A stretch of DNA of 64,000 bases from Candidatus Altiarchaeota archaeon (GTDB lineage: Archaea > Altiarchaeota > Altiarchaeia > IMC4 > SCGC-AAA252-I15), in the NCBI GenBank assembly GCA_043800255.1, contig JAZDNF010000009.1:1-64000 (forward strand), given 5' to 3'. Within the stretch, counting starts at the first letter, position 1; the number at the start of each line of letters is the position of its first letter. Both the position numbers and the translations under genes were made by a program. Positions 49,288-58,457 of the stretch are shown here, in pieces. The notes under the pieces were generated by a model. The model saw only the letters and a program-made list of their open reading frames with translations, had not been told where the DNA came from and searched no databases.

Positions 49288-50038
49288 AGAGCAGCTTCTC
49301 CCTCTCGGGAGAAATCATCAGCGCTGTCCCGACCAGGAAGGCGTCAGGCTTTCGCTGACATTTCTCTTTCAGCATCCTTATGTCATCAGGCTTCTCGATG
49401 CCGCTTTCCACAACAAAGAGCTTTCCCTCTGGAACGTGTTGGGACAGGTTGATGGATGTCTTCAAGTCAACCTTCAATGTCCTGAGGTCTCTGTTGTTGA
49501 CTCCTATCATCTTAGCACCGCAGTCCACAGCAACCTTTATCTCATCCCCGGTGTGCGTCTCGACCAGAGCCCACATGCCCTTCGAGTTACAATAGTCAAG
49601 CAGGCCTGCCAGCTCTGCCCCCAGGACCGACACCATGAGAAGCACGCCGTCGGCATTATATGCTAAAGCCTCGTCAACCTGGAATCTGTCGACTATGAAG
49701 TCCTTCCTCATCAGGGGTATGCTGACCTTCGGCCTTATCTTTTCGATGCTGGCAAGGGAGCCTCCGAAGTGCTTTTCTTCGGTCAGCACTGACAATGCCA
49801 TAGCCCCTGCTTTGGCGTATTCTAAGGCAACCTTCTCAACGTCTGCGGAGCTTATATGCCCTCTCGACGGCGAGGAGGGCTTGATTTCAGCGATTATTGT
49901 GTTGAATTCCGCGCTCCTTTTGAACTGCAGTGGCCTGTAGCCTTCATCCTGCCTTTTTCGTATGAGTTTGACATATTCCCTGTCATTTTTCCTCTCAGAG
50001 ACCTGTCTCCTGGACTCGGCAACGAGTTTTTCGAGCAT
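49268..50038 (-). CDS. trpC: Indole-3-glycerol phosphate synthase
   Basis: IAEIKPSSPS, SVLTE, RKDFI, GVNNRDL, ESGI. Confidence 0.93.
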   Translation of the reverse strand: MLEKLVAESRRQVSERKNDREYVKLIRKRQDEGYRPLQFKRSAEFNTIIAEIKPSSPSRGHISSADVEKVALEYAKAGAMALSVLTEEKHFGGSLASIEKIRPKVSIPLMRKDFIVDRFQVDEALAYNADGVLLMVSVLGAELAGLLDYCNSKGMWALVETHTGDEIKVAVDCGAKMIGVNNRDLRTLKVDLKTSINLSQHVPEGKLFVVESGIEKPDDIRMLKEKCQRKPDAFLVGTALMISPEREKLLSMMVRA

Positions 50039-50096
50039 CCTATTATAATATGGCTGCCAGTATTTATCTGAGGCCGCTTGATTTCTGCTGGAAAAG

Positions 50097-50120
50097 AACG
50101 TGTAAACTAGTTGACACGTT
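50097..50120. promoter_or_regulatory. 24-bp near-perfect palindrome, candidate operator
   Basis: AACGTGTAAACTAGTTGACACGTT, one mismatched pair, next to TATA-like TTATATAAA between divergent genes. Confidence 0.6.
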
Positions 50121-50213
50121 ATTTCTTATATAAATCTTAAGGAGAAAAATGGGAAAAACGAGGGGAATACGCCCAATCTAACCTTTAAAAAGGACGAAGA
50201 GTAAAGAGATAAC

Positions 50214-51062
50214 ATGAAAACAAGAATCGCATTACTGGCAATGATATTTCTGATAACAGCCGTTCAGGCCAAAAGCCAGAACAACATAGTACTGCTCGCG
50301 AATTCCATAGACTTCGAAGAGAACGCCGACTTCTACGGGTTCCTGACGAATAGCGGGATAAACGTGATATACGCTGGAGCCGACAACTTCTCAGACTACC
50401 ACGGAGAGAAGTTCATAGTGATACTGGGCGGCCAGAACGCTCCAGAAGGCGTCGGGGAGATAGTAAACGGCCTGCTGTCCGATGATGATGAGGAATCACT
50501 GCTCGAGTCAACAACGTCCAAGAAGATGTTCACGAAAACCAATGTCTGGATTCAGGGGCAGGTAGTGAGGATACTAGCAGGCTACGAGAAGCAGCAGACG
50601 AAGGAGATGGCTGACGAGAGGAAGGACAAAGTAGTGCAGGACAGTGCAGAATACTGCGAAGCAGACTCGGACTGCGTTCCAAGCTCATGCTGCCATCCCA
50701 GCAGCTGCGTGACAACATCCTTCGCGCCAGACTGTGAGGGAACGTTCTGCACGGCATCGTGCGAGGGCCCGCTGGACTGCGGCGCAGGCTCCTGCGGCTG
50801 CGTAAGCAACAGGTGCAGGATAGTCCTGCCGAAGAAGGCGGCTGAGCTGGTGTGCGAGACCACGGCAGACTGCGCTAAGGACAGTTACACCTACAAGTGC
50901 TCAGGCAGGGACGTCGTAAAGCAGATAAGAAAACACCTGTGCATAAACAACGTGTGCGTCGAGAAGCACAGCCAGGAGACGGTCGCAAAGTGCAAGACGA
51001 GCGAGAAGTGCATCGACGGGCAGTCATGGTGCGTCAGGAAGACCGCCATGGAAGCCTCTTAA
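50214..51062 (+). CDS. Secreted protein: S-layer/cell-wall-binding-like domain plus Cys-rich modules
   Basis: Signal peptide, IVILGGQNAPEGVG, CEADSDC...CCHP..C and further Cys clusters. Confidence 0.65.
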   Translation: MKTRIALLAMIFLITAVQAKSQNNIVLLANSIDFEENADFYGFLTNSGINVIYAGADNFSDYHGEKFIVILGGQNAPEGVGEIVNGLLSDDDEESLLESTTSKKMFTKTNVWIQGQVVRILAGYEKQQTKEMADERKDKVVQDSAEYCEADSDCVPSSCCHPSSCVTTSFAPDCEGTFCTASCEGPLDCGAGSCGCVSNRCRIVLPKKAAELVCETTADCAKDSYTYKCSGRDVVKQIRKHLCINNVCVEKHSQETVAKCKTSEKCIDGQSWCVRKTAMEAS

Positions 51063-51986
51063 TAGGAGCACGAAGAGAGAGACTGCTATAAGGTCGGCGG
51101 TCGTGCCAGGGTTGAGCATGTTACCGTCTTCCCTCAACTTTCTGTCAAATTCTTCAACGCTGGATTTTCCGGCAGGAGTGTATATTCCGCCTCTTTCAAG
51201 CGCATCCGCAGCCCAGGCTGAGACCTCCTCCGCCCTCTCCAGGCCGGCTTTCCTGGCTATGAGAGTGTCAGGCATGTTCGCCAATAGGGAGAGGCTGGCC
51301 TGGACGACAGCCATGCTGATATCCTGGAAACTTCCGGAAAGTTTTCTGATCATGGGCGCTACGATACCAAATATAATAGGCATGCCATTAACAAGCTCCT
51401 CTGCAATCCTGTCACGCTCTGAGGACATCCTCATAAGGTAATGGAATGTCAGCCCCTCTGAGATAAGCCTCTCCTTCGAGAGCTCATCACGCGCATCATA
51501 TTCTGATTCCCCGAGGCCGCCAGGCCGGGCTGCCCTGATAGCATCGTACAGGTTGAGAGCGTCCTCCACCGTAGAACTCTCAACGACCTTTCTGATATTA
51601 TGCTGCAGCAGAACCAGGTTACCGTTTCTCTCATATGAGAATCCGGCGGCGGCAGCTATGGGCACGAACAGCATCAGTATCCCAAGGTGAGTGTTACCTC
51701 CACCGTGGGACTTCCTGACCCTGCTGACACCATCATTTATCAGCTCTCCAATCCCGACATTTCTCAGATTCTTGTCATCTTTGATGCCGTAACCTCGCAG
51801 GGCAGCCTCACGGATTACTGGCCTGATGGACTCAGAACCCAGGACATAATCATCGTATGTCGTGTCGCCGAAATCCTTCCCAGGGCTGATGTTGCCAGGC
51901 TTGTCAGCCCCAACCTCAAGCAGACACGCCCTCACAGCGCAGTCAGCTATAAAATCCAATCTCCTCAGCTTCTCAAGATCAGACAT
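51024..51986 (-). CDS. citG: Triphosphoribosyl-dephospho-CoA synthase (CitG family)
   Basis: KPGNI, NTHLG, DTLIARK, NPGTTADL. Confidence 0.82.
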   Translation of the reverse strand: MSDLEKLRRLDFIADCAVRACLLEVGADKPGNISPGKDFGDTTYDDYVLGSESIRPVIREAALRGYGIKDDKNLRNVGIGELINDGVSRVRKSHGGGNTHLGILMLFVPIAAAAGFSYERNGNLVLLQHNIRKVVESSTVEDALNLYDAIRAARPGGLGESEYDARDELSKERLISEGLTFHYLMRMSSERDRIAEELVNGMPIIFGIVAPMIRKLSGSFQDISMAVVQASLSLLANMPDTLIARKAGLERAEEVSAWAADALERGGIYTPAGKSSVEEFDRKLREDGNMLNPGTTADLIAVSLFVLLLRGFHGGLPDAP

Positions 51987-52222
51987 GCGAAGAATATTAG
52001 ATTACAGACAAAAAAACTATTTTCTAGCAGTCCGATACACCTAAGACATTCTTCGTTTTAGTGCGAGTGGGAGCCGCTCATTTTATGGATTTCCTTCGAA
52101 TCGCGGACTGTGATGGATAAGGGAGGATAGTGTCTGAGGCATGCATTAGGGGGCAGCATTTCGCCCGAACAGCCTCATGAAAGATAGGCTCTATTTTTAT
52201 GCTGTGAATCTAGGTATGGTAT

Positions 52223-53173
52223 ATGTTAAAGGTCGTGCAGCCACCCGGAGAGCCGCCTCTCCCTGATGAGATGCCGAATTTCAAGCCTAAGAAGTCCACA
52301 GTCGTGAATGTTGAGGGCATCCGAGCGGAAGTAGTACGCAGGAAGTCCGATTATCCGGGATACGTCCGCGCCGACATAACATTCAACGACATATACCAGA
52401 GCGACTTGTTTGAAAACCACGGGTGGACTGAGGAGCAGGTGAGATCGTTTGACACCCAACTGGCCTCCAAGCTTAAGGGCATGAAGGCGAATGTCGAGTG
52501 GGAGGACAAGGAGCTGTTCCATGTTGACGTGCCTGCGACGGCAACGAGGGACGCCGTCTCAGACGTTGCTGAGGCTGTGAAGTCGCTGATTCAGAAGCCG
52601 TTAACTGATGTTGAAATCAAGGGTGCGGCGGACGAGGTGAAGGCGGCTGCGGAGGCGGCCAAGGAATCGCTGACGAGGATGATGTCTGAAACCAGCAGCA
52701 AAGAGAATCTTTTCCAAGCATACAAGGACCCGAACCCGGAAAAAACATGGGAACACAACGGCTACTGCGCGGTTAAGAGGACGACTTTTGCAAAAGCTGG
52801 AGGGATAGGATACGAGGACGGCGAATTCCTGGGGAGGGAATACCGTAGGACTGCGACGAAAAAGGGGATGTGCATTCTTGACATCTCACTCAGCGGCGAA
52901 CCGTTTCACTGCCTCTACGGGGGCAGAGAGATTGTGGAGGGCAGATTCGGCTTCCCTGAACAGTACAGCAGCGAACTGTTGGGGATTGTATCGGGTATGG
53001 CGGCGCCGGGAGAAGTGGTTAAATCGCAGGCGCAGATTAGCGCCAGAAAAGGGAGTCTGGCCGACGGAGAACACGTGAAGCTGCTGTGCACGAAGGATTT
53101 CTCGGAGAAGGTAGTTACCTCGCTTAAGGCAAGGTACAGTGACCTGCAGGACACAGCCCAGCAGAAGAGATAA
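52223..53173 (+). CDS. Hypothetical protein (no recognisable family)
   Basis: 316-aa open frame with coding-like composition. Confidence 0.6.
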   Translation: MLKVVQPPGEPPLPDEMPNFKPKKSTVVNVEGIRAEVVRRKSDYPGYVRADITFNDIYQSDLFENHGWTEEQVRSFDTQLASKLKGMKANVEWEDKELFHVDVPATATRDAVSDVAEAVKSLIQKPLTDVEIKGAADEVKAAAEAAKESLTRMMSETSSKENLFQAYKDPNPEKTWEHNGYCAVKRTTFAKAGGIGYEDGEFLGREYRRTATKKGMCILDISLSGEPFHCLYGGREIVEGRFGFPEQYSSELLGIVSGMAAPGEVVKSQAQISARKGSLADGEHVKLLCTKDFSEKVVTSLKARYSDLQDTAQQKR

Positions 53174-53194
53174 ACGGCCTCGCAAACTTCAGGA

Positions 53195-54820
53195 CTATTT
53201 CTCTGATAGTATTCCAACACTTCTGAGGTATTCTTCTTGCTGCTTTGAGCCGGATTCCCTGAACGCTTCCATATTCTGCATTAACGTTTCAGGATTAACG
53301 TCCACGGTCGCGGTTTTCGCGTATGCTTCGCAGTTCCTCCTCAGAACATTGGAGTCGACTTGGATATCCTTTGTCCTAGCGTATGCCTCAAGCATCCTCC
53401 TCAACGTCTCAGCGTCAACCGTTGGGAGAGGCTCAACGCGGATAGTACCCCCCTCTTGAGGCCCAATCCGCTGAGAAGGATCAAGCCTAGTTAGGAATTC
53501 TTGAGGGGGTAGTGATTGTGGTTTTATCTGAGAATCATCGATTTTAGGCAGGGAATCCCTCATAGCCTTCTGAGCACGCTCAAAAACCTTAGGATCAACG
53601 TCAATGGATTCGCCGCCTTCTCGTCTGAAAACCGCGTACATGTTCCGCACGACAGTCTCAGCATCAAGTTGACCCTCGATATGAAAACTAGCCTCTCCGA
53701 CTGTTCCTGTTCGAGTCAAAGTCCCACCCTTAAGAACACTACCGTCTTTAGCAGGACGAGACTCTCCGGCTTGAGCTCTGATATCAATAGTCCCGCCTCT
53801 ATTAGCAACGGCAGCCTCGTCGAATTTTCGCGTGCGAGTCACAGTCCCATCCTTAAAAACAGTACCGTCATCAACAGGAACAAACTCCTCAACCTTTCCT
53901 GTGCGGGTCAAGGTCCCGCCCTTAAGAACGCTACCGTCTTTAGCAGGACGAGACTCTCCAGCTACTCCTGTACTGGTAAAAATCCCATCCTTAAAAACAC
54001 TAACAGGTTCAGCACTTTCACCAGGTTTTATTTCACCAGGCTTTAGAGTATACTCTCTCGGAGTTCCCAAATCCCCTTTCACATGGATTGTCACACCCTC
54101 GGCACCCGCGTACTTTCGTGCGAATTCTTCAGGAGATAAAATCGTATCAGGCTTGCCATTTTCACTGACTCTGATCTTGCCTTCAGGACCCATGGGAAAG
54201 CCGAACGGCTTACTTTCTTCGGGCCCTGTGAAGCTACCCCCAGGACCCATACGAAAGCCAAAGTGAGTGGGCCCACCACCCAATAGGGTTCCTACACTGC
54301 CGTGTACTGTGTACGTGCTAGTCTTACCATCTAATATGAATCTTTCTGTTTGACCTTTCAAACCGTTGATTTGAATCTGTTTATCGCCATATTTGGTGTT
54401 AGGCGCCTTCCTACTGTAGTCGACGAACCCCCTACTGAATTCGCTGAACATGGCCCCGCCATCTATCCCACATGCTGTAACATCAAGTGTAACATCGCCT
54501 TCGCTCCTCTGGACTGCGGCGCTGATTGACCTGATAGCCTTCTCCTGAAAGTCGACATCGCCTTTAAAGGTGGGTAATGTTTCGGAAACGAACTTCTGCA
54601 GGGTCTTCTCATTTATGCCCTTCACCCCAGCATCATCCAATATTCTGACGAACGAATCAGGAACCGCCCTTATTGGACCAACATTCCCAGATTCGATAGG
54701 ACTGTCAGCACGCACACCTTCAAAACTCTTGTACATGTGTTCTAAAGCCTCCAAATGAGCTCGATTAATAGGTTGCAGTTCCTTCGGGCCTCCGAGCCCG
54801 CCAAATTCTTTTTGCACCAT
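53195..54820 (-). CDS. Hypothetical repeat-rich protein
   Basis: 541-aa ORF with several internal repeat types. Confidence 0.7.
   Translation of the reverse strand: MVQKEFGGLGGPKELQPINRAHLEALEHMYKSFEGVRADSPIESGNVGPIRAVPDSFVRILDDAGVKGINEKTLQKFVSETLPTFKGDVDFQEKAIRSISAAVQRSEGDVTLDVTACGIDGGAMFSEFSRGFVDYSRKAPNTKYGDKQIQINGLKGQTERFILDGKTSTYTVHGSVGTLLGGGPTHFGFRMGPGGSFTGPEESKPFGFPMGPEGKIRVSENGKPDTILSPEEFARKYAGAEGVTIHVKGDLGTPREYTLKPGEIKPGESAEPVSVFKDGIFTSTGVAGESRPAKDGSVLKGGTLTRTGKVEEFVPVDDGTVFKDGTVTRTRKFDEAAVANRGGTIDIRAQAGESRPAKDGSVLKGGTLTRTGTVGEASFHIEGQLDAETVVRNMYAVFRREGGESIDVDPKVFERAQKAMRDSLPKIDDSQIKPQSLPPQEFLTRLDPSQRIGPQEGGTIRVEPLPTVDAETLRRMLEAYARTKDIQVDSNVLRRNCEAYAKTATVDVNPETLMQNMEAFRESGSKQQEEYLRSVGILSEK
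53704..53959 (-). repeat. 64-nt direct repeat, 192-nt period
   Basis: 53704-53767 and 53896-53959, both encoding GESRPAKDGSVLKGGTLTRTG. Confidence 0.85.
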
Positions 54821-54866
54821 CAGGAATCAACTCTACGTTAATGATAGAGTAAACATTGTTTAAATA

Positions 54867-55736
54867 TTAGTCTCTGAGCCGTATCTTATGCTTCCCCAGC
54901 CTGCCGCCGTAGTTGCCTGCTGAGATCTTTATCAGGCCCCTGACATCGGAAGCTGCTTTTATGCCCTCATGCATGGCCTTCTCGACCGATTTCACGTCCC
55001 GGCCGTCTATGACGATCTCGATGACAGAGTTGACATTGTCAGGAAGCTCACAACCTTCAAGCTCCTTCAACGTTGGGCACAGGGTATGATGGGTTGACGC
55101 TACCATGAACTTGTACTTTGACCCTACCTTGGAGCCGGAAGCGCAGAGGCCGCCCGGGAAGGGGGTTATGACACCGCCTATGCTGTTGATGCGTCCGATG
55201 ACCCTCTCGCCGGCTTCGAGAGCCGAATCCTGCGAATCAGCCATAAGCCACAGGTTGCCGCCCATGACACCATCGGCGTAGCCTATCTTCTCCTCGATGA
55301 GGAACTCCCCCAACATTATCGGGATGGACACCATCCGCCTCCCGTATTTTTCAACAATCTTCTGGTGGCCGTCGCCGAAGAAGCCGACCTTCTTCCCGAT
55401 ATCAAACTCATTGCCGGAGGTTGCGTTGTAGACTGACGCTGTCGGGCAGGTCAGGATCGAATTGCCTATCCTGTGAATCAAAACCAGCTCCAGCTTCCTC
55501 ACAGGGTCTTCCAGGAACTTGGGCACGTGGAACTGGACCAGCGCCCCTATTCTGCCGTCGGGGGTGTCGTCTGCCAGCCTATCGAGGCCTGCCTCGCAGT
55601 CGCAGCCTATTGAACTGGAGGCGTTGCCTGTGACAGCCTCCACCGCATGATTAAGCCACTTCCCGTTCTTGGCTGTGATTAGAACCTCAGAGTAATAGCT
55701 TCCGAAAGCCTCAGCATAGGTGTCTTCGACTTCCAT
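54867..55736 (-). CDS. ftr: Formylmethanofuran:tetrahydromethanopterin formyltransferase
   Basis: DTYAEAF, TPDGR, LTCPT, FFGDG, GSKVGS, ISAGNYGGRLG. Confidence 0.92.
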   Translation of the reverse strand: MEVEDTYAEAFGSYYSEVLITAKNGKWLNHAVEAVTGNASSSIGCDCEAGLDRLADDTPDGRIGALVQFHVPKFLEDPVRKLELVLIHRIGNSILTCPTASVYNATSGNEFDIGKKVGFFGDGHQKIVEKYGRRMVSIPIMLGEFLIEEKIGYADGVMGGNLWLMADSQDSALEAGERVIGRINSIGGVITPFPGGLCASGSKVGSKYKFMVASTHHTLCPTLKELEGCELPDNVNSVIEIVIDGRDVKSVEKAMHEGIKAASDVRGLIKISAGNYGGRLGKHKIRLRD

Positions 55737-55742
55737 GTCCTA

Positions 55743-56156
55743 TTATAGAATTTCAAGTTTAATATTTAGCTCATGCCCCTGTTTCAGACTATCCACGAGC
55801 TTTCTGCTGAAATCCGAAGCCGATTTGTCTGCTCTGACAGCCAGCGTCCGCGGGCAGACGTACTCGCTCTTCCGCACCACCATCTCAATGGGGTTCGAGA
55901 ATGTCAACCCAGGATGGCCCCATGCGTTGACCTCCTCGATGAGGCCGTCGCACTCCAATGTTATCATCAGCCTGCAGCCGTCCCGCAGCTTCCGCTTGAA
56001 CTCCTTGGAGAAGTCGTTCATCCCCCTGTCAGCAGACACGGCGACGATGCAGTCGCCCCTCACAGTGAGATGATGCTCGCGCGTGAATTCAAAAGTCGTT
56101 TCATGCTTCGCGCGCAGGTTAGGATGGCCTCTGGCTGTTATGCGTTCAGATATCAT
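55743..56156 (-). CDS. DUF371 family protein
   Basis: ARGHPNLRAKHETTFEFT, RGDCIVAVSAD. Confidence 0.85.
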   Translation of the reverse strand: MISERITARGHPNLRAKHETTFEFTREHHLTVRGDCIVAVSADRGMNDFSKEFKRKLRDGCRLMITLECDGLIEEVNAWGHPGLTFSNPIEMVVRKSEYVCPRTLAVRADKSASDFSRKLVDSLKQGHELNIKLEIL

Positions 56157-56869
56157 TCCATTATGGATTTCAGGACTTCCGGCGCGTTAGCCTCCACGCC
56201 CCGCTTTCTGAAGAACTTGCATATGTGCTCAACATCACGCTCCAAGAGCTTGCCGGAAATCTGGCTCTTGTCAGTGACTCCCATCGAAAAGTCTATGAAA
56301 ACCGGCCTCTTATGGTAGAGGATGTTGTACTCGCTCAGGTCCCCGTGCACCAGACCCCCCTTGTAGAGTTTCCGCATGCTGCCGACCACATCCTCGAATG
56401 CTTTCTTAGGGTTCTCAAGCTTTGTGTCCTTCAGCGGCGGGGCTGGGCCTCTTTCATCGCCGACGTAATCCATGACAAGTATGTTATCGACGACAGCATA
56501 CGGTTTCGGGCATTTTATCAGCCTGCTCGCAATAGTCTGATTCCTGTACTCCCTCTGAGCCCACTGGTAGACTATCTTCCTCTTATGTCCTCCGATGCTG
56601 AACCTCGGGTCGTTTCTGATGTAGTCTGCCATGTTCCTGAAGTCTGATGCCTCGATTAGGTATATTTTAACAGCAACCCGCTTCTTCTTCCTCAGCCCCA
56701 AGTAGACGTTGGATTCCTTCCCTGTTTTTATGATGCCGACCAGCCTGTCCAGCTGGCCCTTCTTCAGCAGGTCATAGAGGGCCATCATAGTCGGCCTGTC
56801 GAAGACGCCCTGACTTATCTTGTCCTGCTCTATGAAGTGGTGCAGTTTCTTGTCAAGTGTTTTGGACAT
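56153..56869 (-). CDS. rio1: RIO1 family Ser/Thr kinase
   Basis: TGKESNVY, AVKIY, LVHGDLSEYNIL, IDF. Confidence 0.9.
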   Translation of the reverse strand: MSKTLDKKLHHFIEQDKISQGVFDRPTMMALYDLLKKGQLDRLVGIIKTGKESNVYLGLRKKKRVAVKIYLIEASDFRNMADYIRNDPRFSIGGHKRKIVYQWAQREYRNQTIASRLIKCPKPYAVVDNILVMDYVGDERGPAPPLKDTKLENPKKAFEDVVGSMRKLYKGGLVHGDLSEYNILYHKRPVFIDFSMGVTDKSQISGKLLERDVEHICKFFRKRGVEANAPEVLKSIME

Positions 56870-56881
56870 GTTAGGAGAAGG

Positions 56882-57217
56882 CTATTCGATTTCAAGGCCC
56901 TTGAGATGGCCTTTTCGCTGGAGCCAGTCAGCCTGCTGGTGCGTGTACCTCCAGAGGATGTCACCGCGCTCGTTGGTCTGAACAGACCAAGGCTCTATGA
57001 GGACGATGTTCCCTTCTTTTATCCAGATGCGCCGTCTTATCTTTCCCGGAATCCTGCACAGTCTCGTGTGACCGTCAATGCATTTGATGAGCATCCTCCT
57101 GTCGCCGAGAAGCTGCTCGACCTCTCCAAGGAGTTGGCCGCGCCTGGGCAACCTCACCCTGGTTATAACACCCTCCTCGGTGCGCTCCTCACCAGTATTG
57201 TCAAAGTCCTCTTCCAT
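56882..57217 (-). CDS. eif1A: Translation initiation factor aIF-1A
   Basis: RVRLP, CRIPGKIRRRIWI, GDILWRY. Confidence 0.93.
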   Translation of the reverse strand: MEEDFDNTGEERTEEGVITRVRLPRRGQLLGEVEQLLGDRRMLIKCIDGHTRLCRIPGKIRRRIWIKEGNIVLIEPWSVQTNERGDILWRYTHQQADWLQRKGHLKGLEIE

Positions 57218-57254
57218 GGTATGAGTTAATAATTTAATATGCCATTATTTAAAC

Positions 57255-57641
57255 ATGTTTCCGTTTGATAGGCTTAAATTTAGAAGAGTCGACGGAATCG
57301 ACGGTCTTGTGACCGTTGTCGCCCAGGATTGGAAGACTAATGATGTTCTGATGGTTGCTTACGCTAATAGGGAGGCGATCGAGAAGACTCTCAAGACCGG
57401 CAGAGTCCATTACTATTCGACAAGCAGGAAGAGGATATGGTTGAAGGGGGAGAATTCAGGGCACACGCAAGCTGTGAAGGGAATCCTGGTGGACTGCGAC
57501 GGCGACGCGCTCCTAATCAAGGTGGAACAGAAGGGTGGAGCATGCCACACAGGATACAGGAGCTGCTTCTACAGGAAGGTCAGGGGAGAACGGCTGGAAG
57601 AGCAGGGGAGGAGGGTGTTCGACCCTGAGAAGGTCTACTGA
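57255..57641 (+). CDS. hisI: Phosphoribosyl-AMP cyclohydrolase
   Basis: [21 protein letters not shown]. Confidence 0.93.
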   Translation: MFPFDRLKFRRVDGIDGLVTVVAQDWKTNDVLMVAYANREAIEKTLKTGRVHYYSTSRKRIWLKGENSGHTQAVKGILVDCDGDALLIKVEQKGGACHTGYRSCFYRKVRGERLEEQGRRVFDPEKVY

Positions 57642-57642
57642 T

Positions 57643-57936
57643 ATGGAAAACCTCGATGTGCTGGAACGGCTCTGGAATATCATCGAAGACAGGCGCAAGA
57701 ACCCGACGGCAGGCTCATACACTGCCAAGATGATGGCAGACAGGGAAAGACTCTTCGAGAAGCTTCAGGAAGAGCTTCAGGAGATTATAGAGGCCGCGAG
57801 GAATGGGAAAATGGAGGGCAAGGACTCCCTCAGCTGGGAGACTGCGGACTTCCTCTACCACCTGCTCGTCCTGCTGTCGCTCGAAGGCTTAGACCCGGAT
57901 ATGGTCCTCTCCGAGCTTGAAGGCAGGATGAGATGA
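57643..57936 (+). CDS. hisE: Phosphoribosyl-ATP diphosphatase
   Basis: Start MENLDVLE; SYTAK, KLQEE, ETADFLYH. Confidence 0.88.
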   Translation: MENLDVLERLWNIIEDRRKNPTAGSYTAKMMADRERLFEKLQEELQEIIEAARNGKMEGKDSLSWETADFLYHLLVLLSLEGLDPDMVLSELEGRMR

Positions 57937-58457
57937 AAAAGAAGGCTAAGGAGCGCATACTGCAGAAATATGTCTTCATCGCCATTCTGGTCGTCGCAAT
58001 ACTGGCCTACTACTTCAGCTCGGACTCGATAAGGCGGCTGAGGTTCACGGTAGCAAGCGTATTCTTCCTTGTCGTCGCGTACCCCATAGGGCTGCTGAGC
58101 CCGCTGCTGTCTATACTGTTCACCCTGTTCTCGTTCGCAGTGTCGTTGCCCATACTCTCTACGCTGTATCTGATGGTAGCCTACACGCTGTCAAACATAC
58201 ACTACATCATAATCAGCATAGTTGTGAAAGGCGTCCTGAGGAGGATTCCAGCATATGGTAGGCTGGAGATAAAGGTCAGGGACTCTAAACAGTACAAGTG
58301 GCTTTCCAAGAAGCTCAGCAAGCTGTCGAATGAAGTCGGGCTCGTGGAACCCAGGAAAGTGAGGTTCCTAGAGATGATAACCTGCGACTACTGCGAGAGG
58401 TACATAACAAGGGGGAGCAAATATTGCGGCTTCTGCGGAAAAGAGCAGTGGCTATGA
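57933..58457 (+). CDS. Membrane protein with C-terminal zinc ribbon (paralog of 13467..13982)
   Basis: TM region, basic helix, CDYC...CGFC. Confidence 0.7.
   Translation: MKKKAKERILQKYVFIAILVVAILAYYFSSDSIRRLRFTVASVFFLVVAYPIGLLSPLLSILFTLFSFAVSLPILSTLYLMVAYTLSNIHYIIISIVVKGVLRRIPAYGRLEIKVRDSKQYKWLSKKLSKLSNEVGLVEPRKVRFLEMITCDYCERYITRGSKYCGFCGKEQWL

Noticed and set aside
50039-50213. Trp-rich leader peptide upstream of trpC (also checked trpG, hisI and ilvD)
   Set aside because: No cognate-codon uORF found; the other upstream spacers are too short or absent
52040-52200. Possible structured RNA (tgaggc/gcctca enclosing gggc/gccc)
   Set aside because: The stems are short and only weakly similar to the other two elements
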